Assembly: GCA_965199495.1 (NCBI GenBank)
Contig: CBDASK010000003.1
Span: forward strand, 1,504,001-1,568,000
DNA length: 64,000 bases
Reading direction: 5' to 3'
From: Abditibacterium sp.
Lineage (GTDB): Bacteria > Armatimonadota > Abditibacteriia > Abditibacteriales > Abditibacteriaceae
Part shown: piece after piece, positions 9,873 to 19,429 of the stretch
How positions within the stretch are numbered: the stretch's first letter is position 1
Layout: every line of letters begins with the position of its first letter
Position numbers and translations under genes: made by a program
The notes under the pieces: model-generated
Database searches by the model: none
What the model was told of the DNA's origin: nothing
Seen by the model: the letters and a program-made list of their open reading frames with translations, nothing else

Positions 9873-11015
9873 ATGCTAATTTCCCAACAGTTCCGCGATC
9901 AATATCGCGTGCAGCCAACGTTTAGCGTGCGCTCGCCGGGTCGCGTCAATCTTATCGGCGAACACGTTGACTATAACGATGGCTTCGTTTTGCCGATGGC
10001 GATTCCACTCCAAACCGAAATGGCGTTGCGCCCGCGCGACGACGGCAAAGTCGTGTTGCATTCGCCTTTGTTCAAAGAGTCGCGCGAGTTCTCGCTGGCG
10101 AATCTGAGCAAACAGGACAACTGGATTGACTACGCGCAGGCCGTCGCGTCCGAAATCGCGCGCGAAGGCATCGAGATGCACGGGTTCGAGGGTGTCGTGA
10201 TGTCGAATTTGCCGTTGGCATCGGGCTTGTCGTCGTCGGCCTCGTTTGAAGTTGGGGTCGCCCTCGCATTTTTGCATCTGGCGAACGTCGAAAAATCGCC
10301 GCGCGAAATCGCGCTACTCTGCCAACGCGCCGAGAATAATTTCATCGGAGTTCAGTGCGGCATCATGGATCAGATGGCCGTGGCTGCTTGCACCGCTGAC
10401 CATGCGTTATTGCTCGATTGCCGCGATTTGGCGATGCGACAGGTGCCGTTCAAACTGCGCGATCACGCGATTGTCATCACCGATTCGGGCGCGCCGCGCG
10501 AACTGGCTTCGAGCGCCTACAATGAGCGCCGCGCGCAATGCGAGGAAGGTCTGCGCATTATGCGTAAGCAGGTGCCAGACGCCAAATCGCTGCGCGACGT
10601 TTCGCACGACGAACTCGACGAAATCGGCAGCGAAATGTCGTCGGTCGTGCGCCGCCGCTTGGAACACGTCATCGGCGAAATCGAGCGCACGCAACTCGCG
10701 GTCGCCGCGCTGGAAAAGGGTGATTTGGAAACGTTTGGCCAGCAGATGAATATGTCGCACGCTTCGCTGCGCGACGATTACGAAGTTTCGAGCGCCGAGT
10801 TAGATTTCCTGACCGATTGGGCGCGCCGCCAACCCGGCGTTTTGGGCAGCCGCATGACGGGCGCTGGTTTTGGCGGTTGCACCGTCACGCTGATGGAAAA
10901 ATCGCGCGCCGACGCGTTTATTCGCGGCCAAATCGCCGCCTACGGCGAAGCGATGAACCGCCAAGCGCGCGCGTGGGTCTGCGAGGCGGTTGACGGCGCG
11001 CAAGTGTTGGTTTAG
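9873..11015 (+). CDS. galK: Galactokinase
   Basis: SPGRVNLIGEHVDYNDG, GLSSSAS, CGIMDQ, GSRMTGAGFGG. Confidence 0.97.
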   Translation: MLISQQFRDQYRVQPTFSVRSPGRVNLIGEHVDYNDGFVLPMAIPLQTEMALRPRDDGKVVLHSPLFKESREFSLANLSKQDNWIDYAQAVASEIAREGIEMHGFEGVVMSNLPLASGLSSSASFEVGVALAFLHLANVEKSPREIALLCQRAENNFIGVQCGIMDQMAVAACTADHALLLDCRDLAMRQVPFKLRDHAIVITDSGAPRELASSAYNERRAQCEEGLRIMRKQVPDAKSLRDVSHDELDEIGSEMSSVVRRRLEHVIGEIERTQLAVAALEKGDLETFGQQMNMSHASLRDDYEVSSAELDFLTDWARRQPGVLGSRMTGAGFGGCTVTLMEKSRADAFIRGQIAAYGEAMNRQARAWVCEAVDGAQVLV

Positions 11016-11127
11016 AAGTTTTCCAACAGGGAAAAAGGACGAACGCAAAATAGCGCTCGTCCTTTTTGTTCGACGCGGGCGCTCAACGCGAAATTCGATA
11101 GCAAGCGGGGAGTTAAGTTGACTGCGT

Positions 11128-11311
11128 TAGGATTTACGCATTTGGCCCACGTTTGTCATTTCGAGCGGAGCCGAGAAATCTTACGCCCGCGCGGCAGCGC
11201 AGTTCGAGCGTTTTCCACATTCAAAGCTTTCTGCGACTTCCGCTGGCGCGGGGCCGAAAGATTTCTCGGCTTCGCTCGAAATGACAGGCGAGCGCAACTG
11301 AGTAAATCCTA
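11128..11311. repeat. Family A hairpin nested within an outer 13-bp inverted repeat (MITE-like composite)
   Basis: Outer TAGGATTTACGCA (11128-11140) / TGAGTAAATCCTA (11299-11311); inner tgtcatttcgagcggagccgagaaatctt...aagatttctcggcttcgctcgaaatgaca. Confidence 0.85.
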
Positions 11312-11377
11312 TGCGTAAACCGCAAATTTTTATAACTCTATTTCATATCTCGCGTAAACTGCTGCATTCCCGCTTTC

Positions 11378-12493
11378 ATGTCCACTTTTCATCCGCCGAT
11401 AGCGTCCGAGGCCAGCGCGAAAATTTCGCTTTCGCACGCGGACATTCGCGATGCGATTTGCCAAAACGCGGGTTTTGACCGCGCGTTTGTCACCATGAAT
11501 GTCCTCGCGGCGATTGTGGCCTGTTATGGTTTGTTGGCCGATAGCGGCGCCGTCGTGATTGGCGCGATGATTATCGCGACTTTGTTGGGGCCAATTTCGG
11601 CGTTTTCGCTGGCGATTGTGGATGGCGAACTGGCGTTGCAAAAGCGCGCGCTGTTGGCGCTGTTGGGCGGAATATTATTGGTGCTGGGCATTTCGTATCT
11701 GATCGGCTGGGTCAATCGCGATGTGCCGCTGACGCACGAAATCAGTTCGCGCACGGCGCCGACGATTTTGGATTTGGCGATTGCCGTGGCGGGCGGCGCG
11801 GCGGGCACTTATGCCACGATTTCGCGAAAATTCAGCGCCAACCTCGTCGGCGTGGCTGTAGCCACGGCGCTGGTGCCGCCGCTCGCCGTTGTCGGAATGT
11901 GTCTGGCGCGCGGCTTAAATCAGATGGCGTTGGGCGCGGCGATGCTGTTTGGCATGAACCTGTTGGGCATTCAAGCGGCGTCTTCGATTGTGTTGTGGAT
12001 GAACGGTTTCCACCAAATCATCTCGCAACGACAAAGCGGCAAACGCCTGCTCGCGCGCAACTTGGTCAGCCCGCTCCTTATCGGCGCGCTGGCGGTTTCG
12101 CTTTCGGTGAGCTTTTATCAAACGCTGGCGCAGCAACAGTTCGAGACCCAAGTGCGCGACAGCTTGAAGCAAACGCTCCGGCAGTATCCCGGCGTTTACA
12201 TGGCCGATTTGCGCTTTGAGGCGCCCGACGAGTTCGACTCGACCAATCGCGTGATTTGCGTGGTGCGCTCGCCCTACTCGCTCGGCCCCGACAAAGTGCA
12301 ATTCTTGCAAGACCATCTGCCCAAAGCCGATGGCCAGCCCATCGAATTGCACATTCGTTCGGTGTTGACCAGCGAAGTCACGACCAAAGGTTACGTCCAC
12401 CAACTGCCCGCAGAAAAAGCCGAAGCAGCAAAAGCAAAAGAAGCGGAAACGGAAGAAATCAAACAAAACGAAACCGCTCAAAGTGAAGATTAA
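11378..12493 (+). CDS. DUF389/TIGR00341-type membrane protein
   Basis: [40 protein letters not shown] motifs. Confidence 0.85.
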   Translation: MSTFHPPIASEASAKISLSHADIRDAICQNAGFDRAFVTMNVLAAIVACYGLLADSGAVVIGAMIIATLLGPISAFSLAIVDGELALQKRALLALLGGILLVLGISYLIGWVNRDVPLTHEISSRTAPTILDLAIAVAGGAAGTYATISRKFSANLVGVAVATALVPPLAVVGMCLARGLNQMALGAAMLFGMNLLGIQAASSIVLWMNGFHQIISQRQSGKRLLARNLVSPLLIGALAVSLSVSFYQTLAQQQFETQVRDSLKQTLRQYPGVYMADLRFEAPDEFDSTNRVICVVRSPYSLGPDKVQFLQDHLPKADGQPIELHIRSVLTSEVTTKGYVHQLPAEKAEAAKAKEAETEEIKQNETAQSED

Positions 12494-12534
12494 AACGAAG
12501 CGAGCGCTGGTTTCAAGCGTTAGATTGGATTGCG

Positions 12535-13320
12535 ATGCTTTCCCGTGACCAGCGCCTTTCGAGCGCGCAATTCGACCGCGCTTATGCCAACAGCCTGAGC
12601 GTGCGTCATCCGCTCGTGGCGCTCAAAGCGCACCGGCGCGACGACGATTGCGACGACGATTGCGACCAAGTGCGCGCGGCGTTTGTGGTGCCCAAAAAGC
12701 AGGGCAAAGCCGTGCAACGCAATCGCACGCGGCGGCGTTTGCGCGAATGTTATCGTTTGCACGCCCGGCGCGACGATTTAACTGGTTGCGATTTAATTTT
12801 TCTGTCTACGCCCGCCACGCATACAGCCACGGCGACGCAAATCAACGACGCCCTCGACGATGTGTTGCGGCGCATGAAACGTAAATTGGGCGAAACGAAC
12901 GGTTCCAATTCGGGCGGTGCGTCGCGGGCGAATGCGTCCAATCGAAATGATGCGGCGCTTAAAAACACGGAGCCGCAACCCGAATTGGCGGAGTTGAAAA
13001 GCGCGCAAACTTCGTTATTTGCGGCGATTGCACTCTCTGTTATTCGCTTTTACCAACGATTCATTTCGCCCGGTTTGCCGCCTTCGTGTCGTTTTTATCC
13101 GTCGTGTTCCCGTTATACTTACGGCGCAATTGAGCGCTTCGGCTTGCCCCGTGGCTTGTGGTTGGGCTGCTATCGCGTGTGCCGTTGTCATCCGTGGAAC
13201 GCGGGCGGCATAGACGAAGTGCCCGCCCAATTTCCCGCGCTGCAAAGCGTGAAAGCGCGCTCAATTGAGAAAACCAAAGCATTCTTCGCGCGGCGCCGTT
13301 TCGATTCCCCACGAAACTAA
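12535..13320 (+). CDS. rnpA: Fusion of RNase P protein (RnpA) and membrane insertion efficiency factor YidD
   Basis: N-half: [18 protein letters not shown] (RNR motif); C-half: [22 protein letters not shown]...CRCHPW..GGIDEVP; single frame, upstream of yidC. Confidence 0.9.
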   Translation: MLSRDQRLSSAQFDRAYANSLSVRHPLVALKAHRRDDDCDDDCDQVRAAFVVPKKQGKAVQRNRTRRRLRECYRLHARRDDLTGCDLIFLSTPATHTATATQINDALDDVLRRMKRKLGETNGSNSGGASRANASNRNDAALKNTEPQPELAELKSAQTSLFAAIALSVIRFYQRFISPGLPPSCRFYPSCSRYTYGAIERFGLPRGLWLGCYRVCRCHPWNAGGIDEVPAQFPALQSVKARSIEKTKAFFARRRFDSPRN

Positions 13321-13424
13321 CGGCGCCGCAGTTGCGTTCAAGACATCTACAACACGGATAAATCATCATAAACAAAGAACAGATTTCTTTGTGCGCTTAG
13401 TTTTTATCCTTTTCCTTTTCCCCG

Positions 13425-15113
13425 ATGAATCAACAAAACTCGCAAAGCTCGCAGATATTTCGCTTTTTACTGCTGGGATTGGCCGGATTCTTTTTATGGA
13501 ATTCGTTCAACCAGAAAAAAAACGAGAAGCCGGCAGTTCCGCCGCGTCCCGCCATCAAGCTCCTCGAAGCGTTCAATAATATCGCGCCTTCGCAGGGCGC
13601 TCCGCTCGACAAAACCGCCGCGCTCGCCGAAGTTGATCGGCTCGATAAGCTCGTCGCCGTCAACCCCAAAGACGAAGTCGCGATGTGGGCGCACCTGCGC
13701 ACCGGCCTGATTCAGCAATACATTCTGGGCGACCTCAAGCCAGCCACGCGCAAGGGCGGCTTTCTGGGCTTTGGCCCCACGGTTACTTATTATCCGGCCT
13801 ACGATGAAGTCGTACACAACTCGGCCAACGACGACATCGAAGCGCAGGCGCTCTATCAAACCGGCGATTTGCAATGGCGCGAATCGGTCGCCAAAAGTCC
13901 CGATAAAAAAGCCTCGTCCGAAGCCATCACCGCGTTGCAGTCGCTCATCACCAAAGGGCGCGGCGCCTCGGCGTTTCTGGACACCAGAATTTACGTGCCC
14001 CGCTCGGAGTTCGCCGACAAACCCGCCGATCCGCGTCTGGTTGCGCTAACCGGCATTCCGGCCCACGGCTTTACGCGCGTCACCGTGCGCGACCTGCACG
14101 GCACCGTCGCTCAATCTAACCCGGCGGGCATCATTGACCGCGTTGACGCGTCGTTCCAAGACTCAAAATACTTCAAAGTCTTCGATATGATGGTCGGAAT
14201 TTTGGGACGCAATCCAGCTTACTCTTACGGTTTGGCGATTCTGATTTTCGCGGTCTTCACGCGCTCGATCATGCAGCCGATTTATAAGAAGCAGTATGAA
14301 AGCATGAAGGGCATGGCCGTGATTGCGCCCGAAATGAAGAAAATTCAGGCGAAATATAAGGACAACAAAGACCCATCAGCGCAAGTGCAGATGATGAAGG
14401 AGATCAAAGCGACGCAGGCCGCGCACGGCGTCAATCCGTTAATGGGTTGCTTTCTGGCAGGGCTTCAAATGCCGATCTTCTTCTTTGTCGTCTACCCGAT
14501 GATCCAGCATTACGAGCCGCGCATGGAACTGGTCAACGCCTCGTTTTTGTGGATTCACGCTCTGGCGCGCCCCGACATTCCGCTCCTGATTCTCTACGGC
14601 ATCTCGATGTTCTTCTCGTTTCGCCTGTCTTCGACGCCGCCCGCCGACGACATGCAGAAGCAGCAGCAGATGATCATGTCGTTCGTGATGCCGGTGATGT
14701 TTCCGTTCTTTTTGATCTCCTATCCGTCGGCGTTCACGCTCTACTGGATGACCTATAACGTGCTTTCGACGATATTCCAATGGAAGTTGATGAAGCAAGC
14801 CGACCCGACCAAAAATATGCTGCGCACGCTGACGGGCGCCGATCTATTGGCGGCCAATCCGACGGCGGACGCCGTGCCCGCGCGGCCCGAAAAAGAGGGC
14901 ACGGTTTCGGTCGTCAAAAAAGAAAAGCCGTCTTTGTCGAGCGGCAAATCGGGATTGGATTTGGATAGAATCGCAGGCAGCAACGGCCATCTCAATGGCG
15001 GCGCCCAAAACGGCACCAACGGTGACCATCACGCGGCGCCCGAAGGTTCGGTTTTGAAGTCGATTTCGAGCGAAACCAAACGTGGCGGGCGACGCGGCAA
15101 GAAAAAACGGTAA
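13425..15113 (+). CDS. yidC: Membrane protein insertase YidC/Oxa1
   Basis: YGLAILIFAVFTR...APEMKKIQAKYK...GVNPLMGC..LQMPIFF; LYWMTYN; synteny with rnpA/yidD/jag. Confidence 0.93.
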   Translation: MNQQNSQSSQIFRFLLLGLAGFFLWNSFNQKKNEKPAVPPRPAIKLLEAFNNIAPSQGAPLDKTAALAEVDRLDKLVAVNPKDEVAMWAHLRTGLIQQYILGDLKPATRKGGFLGFGPTVTYYPAYDEVVHNSANDDIEAQALYQTGDLQWRESVAKSPDKKASSEAITALQSLITKGRGASAFLDTRIYVPRSEFADKPADPRLVALTGIPAHGFTRVTVRDLHGTVAQSNPAGIIDRVDASFQDSKYFKVFDMMVGILGRNPAYSYGLAILIFAVFTRSIMQPIYKKQYESMKGMAVIAPEMKKIQAKYKDNKDPSAQVQMMKEIKATQAAHGVNPLMGCFLAGLQMPIFFFVVYPMIQHYEPRMELVNASFLWIHALARPDIPLLILYGISMFFSFRLSSTPPADDMQKQQQMIMSFVMPVMFPFFLISYPSAFTLYWMTYNVLSTIFQWKLMKQADPTKNMLRTLTGADLLAANPTADAVPARPEKEGTVSVVKKEKPSLSSGKSGLDLDRIAGSNGHLNGGAQNGTNGDHHAAPEGSVLKSISSETKRGGRRGKKKR

Positions 15114-15270
15114 AATAGAAGCACTTCATTTTGTCGTGTTCGATGGTTTTCCCCGAAGAACGAAGAAATTGACGAGCATTATGTGTCCTAAACTGGCTTT
15201 CAACTTTCTGTTTTTCATCTGGAAGAAATTGCACGCCGCTTTTGCCCGCTAATTTTTTCTCACTGCGCGG

Positions 15271-16338
15271 ATGAAATCGCATAAAACCGACAAAGCCCTA
15301 AAAACAATGTCCCCCAAATTTAGCCCGATGCGCTTTACCGCCGCGACCGAAGAGGCCGCGATTGAAGGCGCCCTGCAACTCGTGGGCGCCGCGCGCGACG
15401 AAATCAGCTACGACTTCATCTCGCAAACCGCCAAAGGCGTGACGATTCGCATTCGCCCATTCGAGCCGGAAACCGAAGCCGACCAACCCGCCGTGGCTGC
15501 TACGCCCGTCGAGGTTGAAACGGATGATGAAGACGAGGCCGATGCGCCGCTTCACATTGATTCGATGCACGATTTCGACGATACGAATGATGATGCGGAC
15601 AGCATAGTGGACAATGCAGCCACGGCGGACGACGACGATGAAAGTGACGAAGAAGAAAACGAAGATTCCGACGAGAGCGATTCGGATGATGAACTCGATT
15701 TCGACGCGTCACTGGAACTCGCCGACGACGAATACGATTCCGATGATGAAGACGAGGACGAAACAGACGATTTTGAAGAACCAGAGATCGAGATTGACGC
15801 CGAAATGTTGGAACGCGCGTTGACCTTAGCGCGCGCGATGCTCGATAAAATGGGCTTGGATGCGCAGGTTTCGCAAGGTCAAGCGACGGCGGCGGACATC
15901 GTTCCGATTTCGATTGAGGGCGCCGATGTCGGGATTTTGATCGGCAAGCATGGCGCGACGCTGCAATCGTTCCAATATTTGATGAATTTGACGCTGAACA
16001 ACAAGGGCGAAAACACCATGCGCGTTTCGGTGGATGCGGGCGATTATCGCGCGCGTCGCCAGGAATCATTGGAAGCCGTCGCGCGCGGCGCGGCGCAACG
16101 GGCGCGCCGCGAAGGTCGGCCCATCAAAATGGAGCCGATGCCTTCCAACGAACGCCGCATCGTTCACGATATTTTGCAATCCGAACCCGGCGTTTCGACC
16201 CAGAGCGAAGGCCGCGAGCCGTATCGTTGCGTCATCGTCGCGCCCGGACAGAGCGATTATAGCGGCGCTCACGATAATCGTAGCCGTCGCGGCATGGGCG
16301 GCTACACTCGCGGGCGCGGCGGACGCAATCGTAGATAG
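15271..16338 (+). CDS. jag: Jag/EloR (KhpB) RNA-binding protein, KH + R3H, with acidic linker
   Basis: Jag_N-like start, LIGKHGATL (KH GxxG), ERRIVH (R3H), SEGREPYR; true start may be 15307 or 15328. Confidence 0.92.
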   Translation: MKSHKTDKALKTMSPKFSPMRFTAATEEAAIEGALQLVGAARDEISYDFISQTAKGVTIRIRPFEPETEADQPAVAATPVEVETDDEDEADAPLHIDSMHDFDDTNDDADSIVDNAATADDDDESDEEENEDSDESDSDDELDFDASLELADDEYDSDDEDEDETDDFEEPEIEIDAEMLERALTLARAMLDKMGLDAQVSQGQATAADIVPISIEGADVGILIGKHGATLQSFQYLMNLTLNNKGENTMRVSVDAGDYRARRQESLEAVARGAAQRARREGRPIKMEPMPSNERRIVHDILQSEPGVSTQSEGREPYRCVIVAPGQSDYSGAHDNRSRRGMGGYTRGRGGRNRR

Positions 16339-16406
16339 AAAAGAATGAATAACAAAGGATAAAATTTGCTCCGTCATTTTTTATCCTTTAATTTTATTCT
16401 TTCCCC

Positions 16407-16862
16407 ATGTTTCCCAAACTTCCGCCAAAAAAAACGAAAAAACGTGCGCCCGATAGAGCCACGGCGCGGCGCGAATTTTTGGCGCTCAAGCCGTTGCGTA
16501 ATCCGAACCTGGGTTGGGAAGAAGTCGAAAATCGCGTCGTTTTGCGCGTGCCCCGGCCCGATACGTGGCAGGTCAAAATCGTCAACGTTTTTTTTCCCGT
16601 GCCCGAAGAGCGCAAAGTCGTGCTCGATCCCATCGGCAGCGACGTGTGGCGCGCGTGCGACGGCCAAACTACAATCGCTGACGTAACGAAGGTTTTGCAG
16701 CGCGAATATAAATTGGGCGCCAAAGAAGCGGAACTGTCGCTGCAACAATTTTTCAAAGACCTCGGTCGCCGTGGCTACATCGGCTTCGCGATGCCGGTGA
16801 AACAAGGGGATAAGGAACAGGGAACAAGGGACAAGGAGCAGGGAACGGAGGACAGGACGTAA
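16407..16862 (+). CDS. PqqD-family (RRE-like) protein
   Basis: LDPIGSDVWRACDGQTTIADV...L...F...L..RGYI pattern; C-terminal tail comes from a heptamer repeat. Confidence 0.8.
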   Translation: MFPKLPPKKTKKRAPDRATARREFLALKPLRNPNLGWEEVENRVVLRVPRPDTWQVKIVNVFFPVPEERKVVLDPIGSDVWRACDGQTTIADVTKVLQREYKLGAKEAELSLQQFFKDLGRRGYIGFAMPVKQGDKEQGTRDKEQGTEDRT

Positions 16863-16915
16863 AATCGAAATTGGCAGCAAAACCCTTGTCCCTTATTCCC
16901 TGCTCCTTGTCCCTT
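16803..16915. repeat. Inverted pair of ~7-nt tandem repeats (family D)
   Basis: agggaac/agggac/aggagc units followed by complementary ccttgtc/ccctgct units. Confidence 0.75.
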
Positions 16916-16941
16916 AGAATTCGCTAAACTCTCCAATTCCA

Positions 16942-17544
16942 ATGGCTGCAATGAGTTCTTCGCCGCGCGTCGAGCGGCAAATTTCCCTTCCCTTTAATCA
17001 GGCGTTCAAAATCGCGTTGCGCAACATCACGATTCGTCTGGGTCGCGCCATGATTACCGGCGCGGGCACCATGCTTGGTATCGCGTTTTTGATGAGCGTT
17101 TTCGCCGCCGGATTGGTTTTGACGGCCAAAGGCGTCACGCCCAGCGCAGCCCAATCGCAAAAATCGTTGTGGCTGGTCATCATGTCGCTTTTGGTGTGTT
17201 TTGTCGGCATCACCAACTCAATGCTGATGAGCGTAACCGAGCGTTATAAAGAGATCGGCACCTTCAAATGTCTGGGCGCATTGGATAATTTCATCATCAA
17301 ATTGTTCTTGATCGAATCGGGTTTGCTCGGTTTTTTCGGTTCGCTGGCGGGCGCGCTTTTAGGTTTGATTTTCGTGTTGCTCACCAATTTGGGCGTCGTT
17401 ACCAGACTCGACTGGAGCCGCGTTTTGCTTTATCTGGGCGCGTGCATCGTGATTGGCACCCTACTTTCGATTGGCGCGGCGGTTCCACCCGCGTTTCGCG
17501 CCGCCAAAATGCAAGCTGTTGATGCGATGCGTTCGGAAGTTTAG
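16942..17544 (+). CDS. Short FtsX/MacB-type ABC permease
   Basis: GITNSMLMSVTERYKEIGTFKCLGA...FLIES; PAFRAAKM. Confidence 0.88.
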   Translation: MAAMSSSPRVERQISLPFNQAFKIALRNITIRLGRAMITGAGTMLGIAFLMSVFAAGLVLTAKGVTPSAAQSQKSLWLVIMSLLVCFVGITNSMLMSVTERYKEIGTFKCLGALDNFIIKLFLIESGLLGFFGSLAGALLGLIFVLLTNLGVVTRLDWSRVLLYLGACIVIGTLLSIGAAVPPAFRAAKMQAVDAMRSEV

Positions 17545-17601
17545 TTTCGCACTCTGGAAACCTCGATTAAGTTTTTAGTTTTCAACTCCAATTCAAATAT
17601 C

Positions 17602-18513
17602 ATGGCCCAAGAAAATCTCCCCGACATCGAACCTGTAAACGGCAACTCCGTTTCTGTCGCTAAAAATGGGGTAGCCACGCCAGCGACTCTCACTCCCGAA
17701 GATTACTCCGCCAGCGAAAATATCGTGCGCGTGCGCAACGTGAAGCGCACTTATTACATCGGCCAAAACCCGGTTCACGCGCTACGTGGCATTGACATTG
17801 ATATCCGTCGTGGCGAGTTTATGGCCATCATGGGGCCATCGGGAAGCGGCAAATCCACGCTGTTCAACATGGTCGGCGGACTGGACAAGCCGACCGAAGG
17901 CACGGTTTTCATTGACGAAGTGGACATCGCCCAACTTGATCCGGGCGAATTGGCGTGGTTGCGATGCCGCAAAATCGGCTATATCTTCCAGACGTTCAAC
18001 CTGATTCCCGTCATGACGGCACTCGAAAATGTGACTTTGCCGATGATTTTCGCGGGCGCTTCGCTGGATGAACAAATGGAGCGCGGACGCCGCTTGCTGG
18101 AATTGGTCGGATTGGGCCATCGCCTGATGAACAAGCCAGGCGAATTGTCGGGAGGCCAGCAACAGCGTGTGGCGATTGCGCGCGCGCTGGCCAACGATCC
18201 GGCGATTATTCTGGCCGACGAACCGACGGGAAACTTAGATCAGGAAGTCGGCGAAGAGATCATTCAGATGCTTAAGCGTTTGAACAAAGAGAGCGGCGTG
18301 ACGATTATCACGGCGACGCACGACGACAAAATGTATAAGCGTGCCGACCGCGTGGCTGTTGTTCTGGATGGAGAAATTCTGGACGTTGTGCCGCCCGATA
18401 AAATTGGCGACCACACGGTTGACGGCTTCAAAACGCTCAAAGAACGCAAAGCCGAGCGCGACTCCAAGGAAGACCCCGAAGGTCTCATTGCCTCGTCCGC
18501 CGCGACGATGTAG
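17602..18513 (+). CDS. ABC transporter ATP-binding protein (LolD/MacB type)
   Basis: GPSGSGKST, LSGGQQQRVAIARAL, ILADEPTGNLD. Confidence 0.95.
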   Translation: MAQENLPDIEPVNGNSVSVAKNGVATPATLTPEDYSASENIVRVRNVKRTYYIGQNPVHALRGIDIDIRRGEFMAIMGPSGSGKSTLFNMVGGLDKPTEGTVFIDEVDIAQLDPGELAWLRCRKIGYIFQTFNLIPVMTALENVTLPMIFAGASLDEQMERGRRLLELVGLGHRLMNKPGELSGGQQQRVAIARALANDPAIILADEPTGNLDQEVGEEIIQMLKRLNKESGVTIITATHDDKMYKRADRVAVVLDGEILDVVPPDKIGDHTVDGFKTLKERKAERDSKEDPEGLIASSAATM

Positions 18514-18695
18514 AAATTTAGGGAGAGGTGAAACGCTTCCGCGAATTGAATCGTGGAAGCGTTTTTGTTTTTGAATTTTTCTCGCAGTTACAGAGCTTGC
18601 GGATTTGAAAGCCCTATATCTGGCGGCGCGGCTGTGAGGATGAGTGACGCGGCCAAACCGGGCGCCACACGCTCAAATTTTGTAAGCTCTGTTAC

Positions 18696-19298
18696 ATGGA
18701 TTCTTCAAGCGATCTGGGCATGGTTCTGGTGATTTCCGGGCCGTCGGGCGTGGGCAAAGATACCGTCTGGCAACTTGCCCAAAAATGTTTGCCGACTTTC
18801 GGGCGCGCCGTCACCTGCACGACGCGCGCGCGGCGCGAACACGAAATTGAAGGCGAAGATTATTATTTCGTGTCACACGCCGAGTTCGACCGCATGATTC
18901 GCGAAGATGAGTTGGTCGAATGGGCCGAAGTCCACCAGAACCGTTATGGCGTGCCCAACAAATCCATTTTCGAGCGTATTCTCAACGGCAAAGACGTGGT
19001 TTGCGTGATTGATGTGCAAGGCGCCAAACGCATTCATAATTTGTATCCGACTTCGATTTTAGTTTTTATTAAGCCACCCGCAGGTCAGGAAAACGAAGTT
19101 TTGACGCAACGTATTCAAGGCCGCAGCGCCGTTGATCCGTCCGAATTAGCCACGCGTCTGCAAACCGCGTCGTGGGAAATGTCGCAGGTGCAGCTTTACG
19201 ATTATCAAATCACCAACGACAGCCTCGAACGCGCCGCGCAGGAATTGTGCGAACTTATCGAAAAAGAAAAAGCCGCGCGCGAATTGGTGGCGAGCTAA
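18696..19298 (+). CDS. gmk: Guanylate kinase
   Basis: ISGPSGVGKDT, TTRARREHEIEGEDYYF, EWAEVH..RYG, IDVQGA. Confidence 0.95.
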   Translation: MDSSSDLGMVLVISGPSGVGKDTVWQLAQKCLPTFGRAVTCTTRARREHEIEGEDYYFVSHAEFDRMIREDELVEWAEVHQNRYGVPNKSIFERILNGKDVVCVIDVQGAKRIHNLYPTSILVFIKPPAGQENEVLTQRIQGRSAVDPSELATRLQTASWEMSQVQLYDYQITNDSLERAAQELCELIEKEKAARELVAS

Positions 19299-19308
19299 AA
19301 ATTCCATT

Positions 19309-19420
19309 AGCCACAAAGGACACAAAGAAGAACGAAGAAAATAAAAAGTAGAGGAACTAATTTACATAGTTTTGCTTTTACAAATTATTTTTTTCGTGCT
19401 TCTTTGTGTCCTTTGTGGCT
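19309..19420. repeat. Hairpin family C (AGCCACA..GGACACA)
   Basis: agccacaaaggacacaaagaag ... cttctttgtgtcctttgtggct. Confidence 0.85.
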
Positions 19421-19429
19421 TGACAAATC

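Noticed and set aside
11118..11318. Short ORFs over hairpin repeats (also 9256-9444, 23199-23399, 24405-24650, 50028-50240, 60115-60414)
   Set aside because: Translations of palindromic repeats, with no independent coding evidence
16407..16862. PQQ or RiPP biosynthesis cluster
   Set aside because: No pqqA/B/C/E, precursor peptide or modifying enzyme nearby
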